DNA of 50,632 nt from the NCBI RefSeq assembly GCF_003334315.1, contig NZ_QOWR01000031.1. The stretch is one strand, 5' to 3'. The notes beneath the pieces were generated by a model. It saw only the letters and a list, made by a program, of their open reading frames with translations. It did not search any database and was not told the origin of the DNA. The stretch is from Escherichia coli (GTDB taxonomy: Bacteria > Pseudomonadota > Gammaproteobacteria > Enterobacterales > Enterobacteriaceae). Positions 1-12,619 of the stretch are shown one piece after another (position 1 is the stretch's first letter; every line of letters begins with the position of its first letter). Made by a program: the position numbers and the translations under genes.

Positions 1-149
1 GGTTGAGAAGCGGTGTAAGTGAACTGCAGTTGCCATGTTTTACGGCAGTGAGAGCAGAGATAGCGCTGATGTCCGGCGGTGCTTTTGCCGTTACGCACCA
101 CCCCGTCAGTAGCTGAACAGGAGGGACAGCTGATAGAAACAGAAGCCAC
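1..149 (-). CDS. insA: IS1 InsA, N-terminal part (5' partial in window, GTG start at 147..149 on minus strand)
   Basis: Minus-strand translation from 149 gives [50 protein letters not shown], the InsA N-terminus with its CxxC...CxxC zinc-finger motif. Confidence 0.85.
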   Translation of the reverse strand, partial: MASVSISCPSCSATDGVVRNGKSTAGHQRYLCSHCRKTWQLQFTYTASQ

Positions 150-204
150 TGGAGCACCTCAAAAACACCATCATACACTAAATCAGTAAGTTGGCATCAT
201 CACC
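1..204 (-). mobile_element. IS1 insertion sequence, partial (IRL-proximal 204 bp; rest lies left of the window)
   Basis: Reverse complement of 1..204 reads as the IS1 left end as I recall it: terminal inverted repeat GGTGATG(A/C)TGCCAACTTACTGATTTAGTGTATGATGG at 182..204, followed by the start of insA. One base in the IR differs from the canonical sequence I remember. Confidence 0.9.
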
Positions 205-2238
<2,034 letters not shown>

Positions 2239-2249
2239 CGCGTGAACGT

Positions 2250-2792
2250 ATGAAGAAAAAAACGATATTTCAGTGCGTTATCTTGTTCTTTAGCATTCTT
2301 AACATCCATGTCGGGATGGCTGGGCCTGAACAAGTTAGTATGCATATTTATGGGAATGTGGTCGATCAGGGCTGTGATGTCGCCACCAAAAGTGCATTAC
2401 AAAATATTCATATTGGTGATTTTAATATCAGTGATTTTCAGGCCGCGAATACCGTAAGCACTGCTGCTGATTTGAATATCGATATCACCGGTTGTGCCGC
2501 TGGTATTACTGGCGCGGACGTCCTTTTTAGCGGCGAGGCTGACACCCTTGCGCCGACACTGCTCAAACTAACTGACACAGGCGGAAGCGGTGGTATGGCA
2601 ACGGGGATTGTCGTGCAAATTCTTGATGCGCAAAGTCAGCAAGAAATCCCGCTCAATCAGGTCCAGCCTCTTACGCCCTTAAAAGCCGGGGATAACACAC
2701 TCAAATATCAACTTCGTTATAAGTCCACAAAGGCGGGAGCAACGGGCGGTAATGCGACGGCGGTTCTCTATTTTGATCTGGTTTACCAGTGA
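2250..2792 (+). CDS. ycbU: Fimbrial subunit-like protein YcbU
   Basis: 180-aa ORF with N-terminal signal peptide (MKKKTIFQCVILFFSILNIHVGMA); fimbrial minor subunit by position. Confidence 0.8.
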   Translation: MKKKTIFQCVILFFSILNIHVGMAGPEQVSMHIYGNVVDQGCDVATKSALQNIHIGDFNISDFQAANTVSTAADLNIDITGCAAGITGADVLFSGEADTLAPTLLKLTDTGGSGGMATGIVVQILDAQSQQEIPLNQVQPLTPLKAGDNTLKYQLRYKSTKAGATGGNATAVLYFDLVYQ

Positions 2793-2799
2793 AGGAGTG

Positions 2800-3315
2800 A
2801 TGTTGAAACGGATAATCTGGATTCTGTTCTTATTGGGATTAACGTGGGGCTGTGAGCTATTTGCCCATGATGGCACGGTCAACATTAGCGGATCGTTTCG
2901 CCGTAATACATGCGTGCTGGCACAGGATAGCAAGCAAATCAATGTGCAGTTAGGCGATGTCTCGCTGACACGTTTTTCTCATGGGAATTATGGCCCGGAG
3001 AAATCTTTCATCATTAATTTGCAGGATTGCGGAACAGATGTCAGCACGGTTGACGTCACCTTTTCAGGAACCCCCGACGGAGTGCAGAGCGAAATGTTGT
3101 CCATTGAAAGTGGTACGGATGCAGCCAGCGGGCTGGCAATTGCGATTCTGGATGATGCGAAGATATTGATTCCGCTTAACCAGGCGAGTAAAGACTACAG
3201 CCTACATAGCGGTAAGGTGCCATTAACTTTTTATGCGCAATTGCGACCTGTCAATAGCGATGTGCAGTCGGGTAAAGTGAATGCCAGCGCGACATTTGTA
3301 CTTCATTATGACTAA
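2800..3315 (+). CDS. ycbV: Fimbrial subunit-like protein YcbV
   Basis: Track ORF 2752..3315 trimmed to the ATG at 2800, preceded by SD AAGGAG (2792..2797); gives a 171-aa protein with a signal peptide. Confidence 0.75.
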   Translation: MLKRIIWILFLLGLTWGCELFAHDGTVNISGSFRRNTCVLAQDSKQINVQLGDVSLTRFSHGNYGPEKSFIINLQDCGTDVSTVDVTFSGTPDGVQSEMLSIESGTDAASGLAIAILDDAKILIPLNQASKDYSLHSGKVPLTFYAQLRPVNSDVQSGKVNASATFVLHYD

Positions 3316-4018
3316 TACGTGGAACAGATTGGCGCTCTTGATTTTCGCCGTTTTATCGCTGCTGGTGGCGGGTGAATTGCAGGCAGGAGTGGTGGTCGGC
3401 GGAACGCGATTTATCTTTCCGGCAGACAGAGAATCGATATCTATTTTACTGACTAATACCAGTCAGGAATCCTGGCTTATTAACAGTAAAATCAACCGCC
3501 CAACGCGTTGGGCCGGGGGGGAAGCGTCGACAGTGCCAGCACCATTACTGGCCGCTCCGCCACTTATTCTCCTGAAGCCCGGTACGACAGGCACGTTGCG
3601 CTTGCTGAGAACGGAAAGCGACATCTTGCCTGTGGATCGCGAAACGCTATTTGAGTTAAGCATTGCCAGCGTGCCATCCGGCAAAGTTGAAAATCAGAGC
3701 GTAAAAGTGGCGATGCGCTCGGTATTTAAACTGTTCTGGCGACCCGAAGGTTTGCCGGGCGACCCGCTGGAAGCTTATCAACAATTACGCTGGACACGGA
3801 ATTCGCAGGGTGTACAACTCACTAACCCAACGCCTTATTACATTAACCTGATTCAGGTGAGTGTAAATGGTAAAGCGTTAAGTAATGTGGGAGTTGTGCC
3901 GCCTAAAAGCCAGCGTCAGACAAGCTGGTGTCAGGCAATCGCACCGTGTCATGTCGCCTGGCGGGCGATAAATGATTACGGCGGGTTGAGTGCAAAGAAG
4001 GAGCAAAATCTGCCCTGA
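3308..4018 (+). CDS. ycbF: Periplasmic fimbrial chaperone YcbF (PapD-like)
   Basis: Track ORF 3281..4018 trimmed to the ATG at 3308 (MTNTWNRLALLIFAVLSLL signal peptide); start overlaps the ycbV stop (ATGACTAA). Confidence 0.75.
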   Translation: MTNTWNRLALLIFAVLSLLVAGELQAGVVVGGTRFIFPADRESISILLTNTSQESWLINSKINRPTRWAGGEASTVPAPLLAAPPLILLKPGTTGTLRLLRTESDILPVDRETLFELSIASVPSGKVENQSVKVAMRSVFKLFWRPEGLPGDPLEAYQQLRWTRNSQGVQLTNPTPYYINLIQVSVNGKALSNVGVVPPKSQRQTSWCQAIAPCHVAWRAINDYGGLSAKKEQNLP

Positions 4019-4128
4019 AACAGGTTCGGAAAACGTTTGCGTTTTTTTTGCCGCAGGTCAATTCCCTTTTGGTCCGAACTCGCACATAATACGCCCCCGG
4101 TTTGCACACCGGGAATCCAGGAGAGTTC

Positions 4129-5139
4129 ATGTACTACCCCTTCGTTCGTAAAGCCCTTTTCCAGCTCGATCCAGAGCGCGCTCATGAGTTTACTTTTCAG
4201 CAATTACGCCGTATTACAGGAACGCCGTTTGAAGCACTGGTGCGGCAGAAAGTGCCTGCGAAACCTGTTAACTGCATGGGCCTGACGTTTAAAAATCCGC
4301 TTGGTCTGGCAGCCGGTCTTGATAAAGACGGGGAGTGCATTGACGCGTTAGGCGCGATGGGATTTGGATCGATCGAGATCGGTACCGTCACGCCACGTCC
4401 ACAGCCAGGTAATGACAAGCCGCGTCTCTTTCGTCTGGTAGATGCCGAAGGTTTGATCAACCGTATGGGCTTTAATAATCTTGGCGTTGATAACCTCGTA
4501 GAGAACGTAAAAAAGGCCCATTATGACGGCGTCCTGGGTATTAACATCGGCAAAAATAAAGATACGCCAGTGGAGCAGGGCAAAGATGACTATCTGATTT
4601 GTATGGAAAAAATCTATGCCTATGCGGGATATATCGCCATCAATATTTCATCGCCGAATACCCCAGGATTACGCACGCTGCAATATGGTGAAGCGCTGGA
4701 TGATCTCTTAACCGCGATTAAAAATAAGCAAAATGATTTGCAAGCGATGCACCATAAATATGTGCCGATCGCAGTGAAGATCGCGCCGGATCTTTCTGAA
4801 GAAGAATTGATCCAGGTTGCCGATAGTTTAGTTCGCCATAATATTGATGGCGTTATTGCAACCAATACCACACTCGATCGTTCTCTTGTTCAGGGAATGA
4901 AAAATTGCGATCAAACCGGTGGCTTAAGTGGTCGTCCGCTTCAGTTAAAAAGCACCGAAATTATTCGCCGCTTGTCACTGGAATTAAACGGTCGCTTACC
5001 GATCATCGGTGTTGGCGGCATCGACTCGGTTATCGCTGCGCGTGAAAAGATTGCTGCGGGTGCCTCACTGGTGCAAATTTATTCTGGTTTTATTTTTAAA
5101 GGTCCGCCGCTGATTAAAGAAATCGTTACCCATATCTAA
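4129..5139 (+). CDS. pyrD: Dihydroorotate dehydrogenase (quinone), class 2
   Basis: Translation [21 protein letters not shown]... matches PyrD; ATG at 4129 preceded by SD AGGAGA. The track ORF start at 4102 is an upstream TTG extension. Confidence 0.95.
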
Positions 5140-5171
5140 TTATTTCTTCGAATTCCTCTTTATAAGATAAT

Positions 5172-5201
5172 CAGGGCTTTATTTTCAGCCCTGGTTGTTT
5201 T
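5172..5201 (+). terminator. Rho-independent terminator downstream of pyrD
   Basis: Hairpin CAGGGCT-N-AGCCCTG followed by GTTGTTTT. Confidence 0.6.
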
Positions 5202-5312
5202 ATATTCATCGCTGTTGCTTATTTAGACATTTTGTACTTTTATTGTTGAGGTTATTAAGCGAAGCGACAATGGATTGTGTTGCTGCGGTTTTATAGGGTA
5301 GGGGAGAGGCAG

Positions 5313-5855
5313 ATGCGAATTAAACCAGACGATAACTGGCGTTGGTATTACGATGAAGAGCACGATCGAATGATGCTCGATTTAGCCAATGGTATGCTAT
5401 TTCGCTCACGTTTTGCGCGCAAGATGTTGACTCCAGATGCCTTTTCTCCCGCAGGCTTTTGCGTTGACGACGCCGCGCTCTATTTCTCTTTTGAAGAAAA
5501 GTGCCGCGATTTTAATTTATCTAAAGAACAAAAAGCCGAACTGGTGCTGAATGCACTGGTAGCAATTCGCTATCTCAAACCGCAAATGCCGAAAAGCTGG
5601 CATTTTGTTTCCCATGGTGAAATGTGGGTGCCCATGCCGGGCGATGCGGCCTGCGTTTGGTTGAGCGATACTCACGAGCAGGTCAATTTGCTGGTCGTTG
5701 AATCTGGCGAAAATGCCGCACTATGCCTGCTGGCACAACCCTGCGTTGTTATTGCGGGTCGCGCGATGCAGTTGGGCGACGCCATTAAAATCATGAACGA
5801 CAGGCTGAAACCGCAGGTTAATGTTGACAGCTTCAGCCTCGAACAGGCAGTCTAA
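5313..5855 (+). CDS. zapC: Cell division protein ZapC
   Basis: Track ORF 5277..5855 trimmed to the ATG at 5313 ([24 protein letters not shown]...), 180 aa. Confidence 0.9.
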
Positions 5856-6961
5856 CGCGCCAACTTAAGTGCAGTCTTCGGTACACAGCTACAGCAAAGA
5901 ATGGTGCCATCATCGCCCATTGCTGATTTTTTCAGCGGCGTGACTTCGCCTTCTAAAAGCTGAACACGGCAACTTCCACAAATGCCCGCGCGGCAAGAAT
6001 AAGGGATACGAATTCCCTGATTTTCTAATTGCTCCAGCAACACCTGTTGGTTATTTCCACGAAATGCCTGTCCCTGCCAGTCAATATCTACATTTGCGTC
6101 CGGTTGTTGCGTGATGTTGGCGGTATCATCAGCGGCAGCTGCGCCGTAAATTTTTGCCGGAGCCGTTGCCAGAATTTCCACCTCATCGCCAACGCGAATC
6201 ACGCCGCTATTACGGGCAATTAAATTCTGACCAAAATCGACATCGCCGTTATCCTGGGCAGTGCGGAAAGATTGCAATGTTTTTAATGGTTCGCCTGCCG
6301 GATGTTTTTGCCCTTTTTCTGGGCTGACGGTGGTGAAAATACAGCGGCTACAAGGTTTAACCACATCAAACACCACATCACCAATGCGAATCACTTTCCA
6401 GCGATCTTCTTCCCAGGCTGACGCGCCGGAAACCACCAGATTGGGGCGGAATTGCTCCATTTTTACACTGGCCGGACAACGTTGTTGGAGATCACGTAAC
6501 GAGGCTTCGTTAGCAAGAAGGTAAGGATAGCCATCAGCAAATGACAGAGGTACAGTGTTGTGGCGTTTCACGCGCCGGGTCATTTGTGGCCCCACCCAGC
6601 GTAATTGCACTTCGCGGGAGAAAAATCCACTTAGCCATTTGTTGATCGCGTCTGGCGCAATTCGCGCGGTAAAATGTGTGCCCCAAACTTCGGTTGGTGC
6701 GTCTTGTGTGGCGAAATCAGCAAAACGAACATATGCGCTACTGCCATCTGGTGCGGTGAGATGCAAGCCATCATGCACAGGTGAAGGAGTAAACCGTACC
6801 ATCTGGGGAAACTGGCGAGCGGTAATAAACGTACCGTCAGGTTCCGTGATCATAAAGATGCGATCGAAGGCCAGACCACTGACATCTGCCAGAGCATGTG
6901 TAAGACCAATGCCGCGCATCGATTTAACAGGATGAATAAAAAGCCGGATTAATGTCGCCAC
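5852..6961 (-). CDS. ycbX: MOSC-domain / 2Fe-2S ferredoxin-domain protein YcbX
   Basis: 369-aa ORF; C-terminal cysteine cluster ([11 protein letters not shown]...CCSC) typical of a plant-type ferredoxin domain. Converges on zapC with overlapping stop codons. Confidence 0.9.
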
Positions 6962-7204
6962 GGTGCGGTCCTCAAATGAAAATAAGCCCTCAACTTTATG
7001 ACATGACGCGCTTATTAGCTATAATGCGCAACAATTTTCTTAGCGCCTGTCCCATTAGGCTATTTTATTTGTCAGTTTGGCCCTGGGTTATGCTCGAAAT
7101 CCTCACGTACTTGTGTACGCTCCGGTTTCTCCGCGCTGTCCATGTCCAGACTGACTGCAACAATTACGCCTACTGCGGTAGGCTCTTAGAGTAAAAGTGA
7201 CGAT

Positions 7205-9313
7205 ATGAATTCTCTGTTTGCCAGTACGGCCCGTGGGCTGGAAGAGCTGTTAAAAACTGAACTGGAAAACCTGGGGGCCGTTGAATGCCAGGTGGTTCAG
7301 GGTGGGGTCCATTTCAAGGGCGACACACGGCTTGTTTACCAGAGCCTGATGTGGAGCCGCCTGGCCTCGCGTATTATGTTGCCGCTGGGCGAGTGTAAGG
7401 TTTACAGCGATTTAGACCTCTATCTCGGTGTTCAGGCGATCAACTGGACAGAGATGTTTAATCCTGGCGCGACCATCGCTGTCCACTTCAGTGGTTTGAA
7501 TGACACCATCCGCAACAGTCAGTACGGCGCGATGAAAGTGAAAGACGCGATCGTCGATGCTTTCACGCGGAAAAATCTGCCGCGTCCAAATGTTGATCGC
7601 GATGCGCCGGATATCCGCGTTAACGTCTGGCTGCATAAAGAAACCGCCAGTATCGCTCTTGATCTGAGTGGTGATGGTTTACATCTGCGTGGCTATCGCG
7701 ATCGTGCTGGTATTGCGCCGATCAAAGAAACCCTGGCAGCCGCTATTGTGATGCGATCCGGCTGGCAGCCAGGAACACCGCTGCTCGATCCGATGTGTGG
7801 TTCCGGTACGTTGCTGATTGAAGCAGCGATGCTGGCGACCGATCGCGCACCAGGCTTGCACCGTGGGCGTTGGGGCTTTAGCGGCTGGGCGCAGCATGAT
7901 GAAGCTATCTGGCAGGAAGTGAAAGCGGAAGCGCAAACTCGCGCCCGTAAAGGCCTGGCTGAGTATAGCTCTCATTTTTACGGTTCGGACAGCGACGCAC
8001 GGGTGATTCAACGTGCACGCACTAACGCCCGTCTTGCGGGGATTGGTGAACTGATCACCTTTGAGGTGAAAGATGTCGCGCAACTGACCAATCCGCTGCC
8101 GAAAGGGCCGTACGGCACAGTGTTGAGCAACCCGCCATACGGGGAACGTCTGGACAGCGAACCGGCGCTGATTGCGCTGCATAGCCTGCTGGGTCGGATC
8201 ATGAAAAACCAGTTTGGTGGCTGGAATCTCTCTTTGTTTAGTGCCTCGCCGGATCTGCTAAGCTGCTTGCAGCTGCGTGCAGACAAACAGTACAAGGCGA
8301 AAAACGGCCCGCTGGACTGCGTACAGAAAAATTACCACGTTGCCGAAAGCACTCCAGACAGCAAACCGGCGATGGTAGCGGAAGACTACACCAACCGCCT
8401 GCGTAAGAACCTCAAAAAATTCGAGAAGTGGGCTCGCCAGGAAGGGATTGAATGTTACCGCCTGTATGACGCCGATCTGCCAGAATATAACGTTGCCGTT
8501 GACCGTTATGCCGACTGGGTGGTGGTGCAGGAGTATGCGCCGCCAAAAACTATTGATGCTCACAAAGCGCGTCAGCGTCTGTTCGATATTATCGCTGCAA
8601 CCATTTCGGTACTGGGGATTGCGCCAAACAAACTGGTGCTGAAAACCCGTGAACGCCAGAAGGGCAAAAACCAATACCAGAAACTGGGCGAGAAGGGCGA
8701 GTTTCTTGAAGTTACCGAATATAACGCTCACTTGTGGGTGAACCTGACGGATTATCTCGATACTGGTCTGTTCCTCGATCACCGCATCGCCCGTCGTATG
8801 CTCGGTCAGATGAGCAAAGGCAAAGATTTCCTCAACCTGTTCTCTTATACCGGCAGCGCCACCGTGCATGCGGGATTAGGCGGTGCACGCAGCACCACCA
8901 CCGTGGATATGTCGCGTACTTATCTGGAATGGGCAGAACGCAACCTGCGTCTGAATGGCCTGACCGGGCGTGCGCATCGCCTGATTCAGGCCGATTGCCT
9001 GGCGTGGCTGCGTGAGGCAAATGAACAGTTCGATCTGATCTTTATCGATCCGCCAACCTTCTCTAACTCAAAACGAATGGAAGATGCGTTTGATGTTCAG
9101 CGCGATCATCTGGCGCTGATGAAAGATTTGAAACGTCTGCTGCGTGCAGGTGGGACGATCATGTTCTCGAACAACAAACGTGGCTTCCGTATGGATCTCG
9201 ACGGCCTGGCAAAACTGGGACTGAAAGCACAAGAAATTACGCAAAAAACGCTCTCCCAGGATTTCGCCCGTAACCGCCAGATCCACAACTGCTGGCTGAT
9301 TACCGCAGCCTGA
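7205..9313 (+). CDS. rlmL: Bifunctional 23S rRNA methyltransferase RlmKL (m2G2445 / m7G2069)
   Basis: 702-aa ORF with two SAM-methyltransferase signatures ([14 protein letters not shown] and NPPYGERL). Confidence 0.92.
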   Translation: MNSLFASTARGLEELLKTELENLGAVECQVVQGGVHFKGDTRLVYQSLMWSRLASRIMLPLGECKVYSDLDLYLGVQAINWTEMFNPGATIAVHFSGLNDTIRNSQYGAMKVKDAIVDAFTRKNLPRPNVDRDAPDIRVNVWLHKETASIALDLSGDGLHLRGYRDRAGIAPIKETLAAAIVMRSGWQPGTPLLDPMCGSGTLLIEAAMLATDRAPGLHRGRWGFSGWAQHDEAIWQEVKAEAQTRARKGLAEYSSHFYGSDSDARVIQRARTNARLAGIGELITFEVKDVAQLTNPLPKGPYGTVLSNPPYGERLDSEPALIALHSLLGRIMKNQFGGWNLSLFSASPDLLSCLQLRADKQYKAKNGPLDCVQKNYHVAESTPDSKPAMVAEDYTNRLRKNLKKFEKWARQEGIECYRLYDADLPEYNVAVDRYADWVVVQEYAPPKTIDAHKARQRLFDIIAATISVLGIAPNKLVLKTRERQKGKNQYQKLGEKGEFLEVTEYNAHLWVNLTDYLDTGLFLDHRIARRMLGQMSKGKDFLNLFSYTGSATVHAGLGGARSTTTVDMSRTYLEWAERNLRLNGLTGRAHRLIQADCLAWLREANEQFDLIFIDPPTFSNSKRMEDAFDVQRDHLALMKDLKRLLRAGGTIMFSNNKRGFRMDLDGLAKLGLKAQEITQKTLSQDFARNRQIHNCWLITAA

Positions 9314-9324
9314 AAGGAATAGTA

Positions 9325-11232
9325 ATGTCATTAATCAGTATGCATGGCGCATGGCTGTCGTTCAGCGACGCGCCGCTTCTCGATAACGCAGAACTGCATA
9401 TCGAAGATAACGAACGTGTTTGTCTGGTGGGCCGCAACGGCGCAGGCAAATCGACGTTAATGAAAATCCTCAACCGTGAACAAGGGCTGGATGACGGTCG
9501 CATTATTTACGAGCAAGATTTGATTGTAGCGCGTCTGCAACAGGATCCGCCGCGTAACGTTGAGGGTAGCGTTTATGATTTCGTTGCCGAAGGCATTGAA
9601 GAACAAGCGGAATATCTGAAACGCTATCACGATATTTCGCGCCTGGTGATGAACGACCCGAGCGAGAAAAATCTCAACGAACTGGCGAAGGTTCAGGAAC
9701 AGCTGGATCACCACAACCTGTGGCAGCTGGAAAACCGCATCAACGAAGTGCTGGCGCAACTGGGGTTAGATCCTAACGTTGCGCTGTCGTCGCTTTCCGG
9801 CGGCTGGTTGCGTAAAGCGGCATTAGGACGCGCGCTGGTGAGTAATCCGCGCGTGCTGTTGCTTGATGAACCGACAAACCACCTGGATATTGAAACCATC
9901 GACTGGCTGGAAGGGTTTTTGAAAACTTTCAACGGGACGATTATTTTCATCTCCCACGACCGTTCGTTTATCCGCAATATGGCGACGCGCATTGTTGATC
10001 TCGATCGCGGCAAGCTGGTGACCTATCCAGGGAATTACGACCAGTACCTGCTGGAAAAAGAAGAAGCCCTGCGCGTGGAAGAATTACAAAATGCCGAGTT
10101 CGATCGCAAACTGGCGCAGGAAGAGGTGTGGATCCGCCAGGGGATCAAAGCACGCCGTACCCGTAATGAAGGCCGCGTACGCGCCCTGAAAGCGATGCGT
10201 CGCGAACGTGGTGAACGTCGCGAAGTGATGGGTACCGCAAAGATGCAGGTGGAAGAGGCCAGCCGCTCCGGTAAAATCGTTTTCGAAATGGAAGACGTTT
10301 GCTACCAGGTTAACGGTAAGCAACTGGTGAAAGATTTTTCTGCCCAGGTTCTACGTGGCGACAAAATTGCCCTGATTGGTCCGAATGGGTGCGGCAAAAC
10401 CACGCTGCTAAAACTGATGCTCGGTCAGCTTCAAGCGGACAGCGGGCGTATTCACGTTGGCACCAAACTGGAAGTGGCTTATTTCGATCAGCACCGCGCG
10501 GAACTGGATCCCGATAAAACGGTGATGGATAACCTTGCCGAAGGTAAGCAAGAGGTGATGGTTAACGGCAAGCCACGCCACGTATTGGGCTATTTGCAGG
10601 ACTTTCTGTTCCATCCGAAACGGGCGATGACGCCGGTACGTGCGCTTTCTGGCGGTGAGCGGAACCGCTTGCTGCTGGCGCGTTTGTTCCTCAAACCAAG
10701 CAACTTATTGATTCTTGACGAACCGACCAACGATCTTGATGTCGAAACGCTGGAACTGCTGGAAGAACTGATCGACAGCTATCAGGGCACGGTATTGCTG
10801 GTTAGCCACGATCGTCAGTTTGTCGATAACACCGTTACAGAATGTTGGATCTTCGAAGGCGGCGGTAAAATTGGTCGTTATGTCGGCGGTTATCATGATG
10901 CCCGTGGTCAGCAAGAGCAGTATGTGGCGCTCAAACAGCCTGCGGTGAAAAAAACCGAAGAAGCCGCCGCGGCAAAAGCAGAAACTGTAAAACGCAGCAG
11001 TAGCAAACTAAGCTATAAATTGCAGCGCGAACTGGAGCAGCTACCGCAATTGCTCGAAGATCTGGAGGCGAAGCTGGAAGCCCTACAGACGCAAGTGGCG
11101 GATGCTTCCTTTTTCAGTCAGCCGCATGAGCAGACGCAAAAAGTGCTTGCTGATATGGCTGCTGCAGAGCAGGAGCTGGAGCAAGCCTTTGAACGCTGGG
11201 AGTATCTTGAAGCGTTAAAAAATGGTGGCTGA
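9325..11232 (+). CDS. uup: ABC-F family ATPase Uup
   Basis: 635 aa; two ABC domains with Walker A motifs (GRNGAGKST, GPNGCGKTT) and LSGG signature motifs; coiled-coil C-terminal tail. Confidence 0.95.
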   Translation: MSLISMHGAWLSFSDAPLLDNAELHIEDNERVCLVGRNGAGKSTLMKILNREQGLDDGRIIYEQDLIVARLQQDPPRNVEGSVYDFVAEGIEEQAEYLKRYHDISRLVMNDPSEKNLNELAKVQEQLDHHNLWQLENRINEVLAQLGLDPNVALSSLSGGWLRKAALGRALVSNPRVLLLDEPTNHLDIETIDWLEGFLKTFNGTIIFISHDRSFIRNMATRIVDLDRGKLVTYPGNYDQYLLEKEEALRVEELQNAEFDRKLAQEEVWIRQGIKARRTRNEGRVRALKAMRRERGERREVMGTAKMQVEEASRSGKIVFEMEDVCYQVNGKQLVKDFSAQVLRGDKIALIGPNGCGKTTLLKLMLGQLQADSGRIHVGTKLEVAYFDQHRAELDPDKTVMDNLAEGKQEVMVNGKPRHVLGYLQDFLFHPKRAMTPVRALSGGERNRLLLARLFLKPSNLLILDEPTNDLDVETLELLEELIDSYQGTVLLVSHDRQFVDNTVTECWIFEGGGKIGRYVGGYHDARGQQEQYVALKQPAVKKTEEAAAAKAETVKRSSSKLSYKLQRELEQLPQLLEDLEAKLEALQTQVADASFFSQPHEQTQKVLADMAAAEQELEQAFERWEYLEALKNGG

Positions 11233-11361
11233 TCGCAAAATAGTCGATTTAAACAGAGACAGCTGACAACGGTAAAATTGCCTGATGAACTGGGTTTATC
11301 AGGCATGAAAACCAACACTTTGTTAGTCATCTGTAAAATAGCGCATCATTAAGGAGTACCA

Positions 11362-12615
11362 ATGTGCGAACATCATCATGCCGCGAAGCACATCCTGTGC
11401 TCGCAGTGTGACATGCTGGTGGCGTTACCGCGCCTTGAGCATGGTCAGAAAGCGGCATGTCCCCGGTGTGGCACAACGTTAACCGTGGCGTGGGATGCCC
11501 CTCGGCAGCGTCCCACCGCCTATGCGTTGGCTGCACTGTTCATGCTGTTGCTGTCCAACTTGTTTCCTTTTGTGAATATGAACGTTGCAGGAGTTACCAG
11601 TGAAATTACATTACTGGAAATTCCCGGCGTGCTTTTTTCTGAGGACTACGCCAGCCTCGGCACCTTTTTCCTGTTGTTTGTGCAACTGGTTCCCGCGTTT
11701 TGTCTGATAACCATTCTGTTACTGGTGAATCGCGCGGAATTACCGGTCCGTTTAAAAGAGCAACTGGCACGGGTGCTTTTTCAACTCAAAACCTGGGGAA
11801 TGGCGGAGATTTTCCTCGCTGGTGTGCTGGTCAGTTTCGTTAAACTGATGGCTTACGGCAGCATTGGGGTAGGCAGCAGCTTTCTCCCCTGGTGTTTATT
11901 TTGTGTCCTGCAACTGCGCGCTTTTCAGTGCGTTGATCGTCGCTGGTTATGGGACGACATCGCCCCGATGCCAGAACTGCGCCAGCCGCTAAAACCAGGC
12001 GTCACGGGGATACGTCAGGGGCTGCGTTCGTGCTCCTGTTGTACGGCAATCCTTCCTGCTGATGAACCCGTGTGCCCGCGTTGTAGTACCAAAGGGTACG
12101 TTCGGCGTAGAAACAGCCTGCAGTGGACACTCGCGCTGCTTGTAACGTCCATCATGCTGTATCTTCCGGCTAATATTTTGCCCATCATGGTGACGGATTT
12201 ATTAGGCTCGAAGATGCCGTCGACGATTCTCGCTGGGGTCATTCTGTTATGGAGCGAAGGCTCTTATCCCGTCGCTGCGGTGATCTTTCTGGCCAGTATT
12301 ATGGTGCCAACGTTAAAGATGATCGCCATCGCGTGGCTGTGTTGGGATGCCAAAGGGCATGGCAAGCGCGACAGTGAAAGAATGCATTTGATTTATGAAG
12401 TTGTTGAGTTTGTAGGCCGCTGGTCGATGATTGACGTTTTCGTTATCGCGGTGCTCTCGGCGCTGGTGCGTATGGGAGGTTTAATGAGTATTTATCCGGC
12501 AATGGGTGCATTAATGTTTGCTTTAGTCGTCATAATGACAATGTTTTCTGCTATGACGTTTGACCCGCGTTTGTCGTGGGATCGTCAACCTGAATCAGAG
12601 CATGAGGAGTCCTGA
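11362..12615 (+). CDS. pqiA: Paraquat-inducible inner-membrane protein PqiA
   Basis: 417 aa, CxxC-containing N-terminus and multiple TM segments; followed by pqiB and pqiC. Confidence 0.92.
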   Translation: MCEHHHAAKHILCSQCDMLVALPRLEHGQKAACPRCGTTLTVAWDAPRQRPTAYALAALFMLLLSNLFPFVNMNVAGVTSEITLLEIPGVLFSEDYASLGTFFLLFVQLVPAFCLITILLLVNRAELPVRLKEQLARVLFQLKTWGMAEIFLAGVLVSFVKLMAYGSIGVGSSFLPWCLFCVLQLRAFQCVDRRWLWDDIAPMPELRQPLKPGVTGIRQGLRSCSCCTAILPADEPVCPRCSTKGYVRRRNSLQWTLALLVTSIMLYLPANILPIMVTDLLGSKMPSTILAGVILLWSEGSYPVAAVIFLASIMVPTLKMIAIAWLCWDAKGHGKRDSERMHLIYEVVEFVGRWSMIDVFVIAVLSALVRMGGLMSIYPAMGALMFALVVIMTMFSAMTFDPRLSWDRQPESEHEES

Positions 12616-12619
12616 CAGT

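Noticed and set aside
182-204. Single-base difference in the left IS1 inverted repeat (GATG-A-TGCC versus the GATG-C-TGCC I recall) as evidence of a distinct IS1 subtype
   Set aside because: It relies on my memory of the canonical IS1 sequence, and IS1 isoforms differ at several positions. Not supportable without alignment.
4102-4128. N-terminal extensions of track ORFs (pyrD, zapC, pqiB, fabA, ompA, sulA, helD, mgsA, yccU, hspQ, yccX, tusE, hyaA, hyaF, appA, etp, gfcE, gfcA, ycbV, ycbF)
   Set aside because: The track starts at the most upstream in-frame start codon. Starts were moved to internal ATGs that have an SD and match the known protein N-termini; for fabA the untrimmed ORF would run into the ycbZ coding region.
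6952-7194. 80-aa ORF in the ycbX-rlmL intergenic region
   Set aside because: It overlaps the ycbX start and the divergent promoter region, has no convincing RBS, and is Cys/Leu-rich with no recognisable domain. Probably spurious, but not excluded without conservation data.
8258-8869. 203-aa ORF antisense to rlmL, and similar long antisense ORFs (7679..8182, 12551..13222, 31599..32462, 35086..35733, 40286..40777, 15442..15951)
   Set aside because: Each is fully embedded opposite a well-supported gene, has no SD or promoter context, and has low-complexity, Arg/His/Gln-rich composition typical of antisense frames in GC-rich coding DNA.
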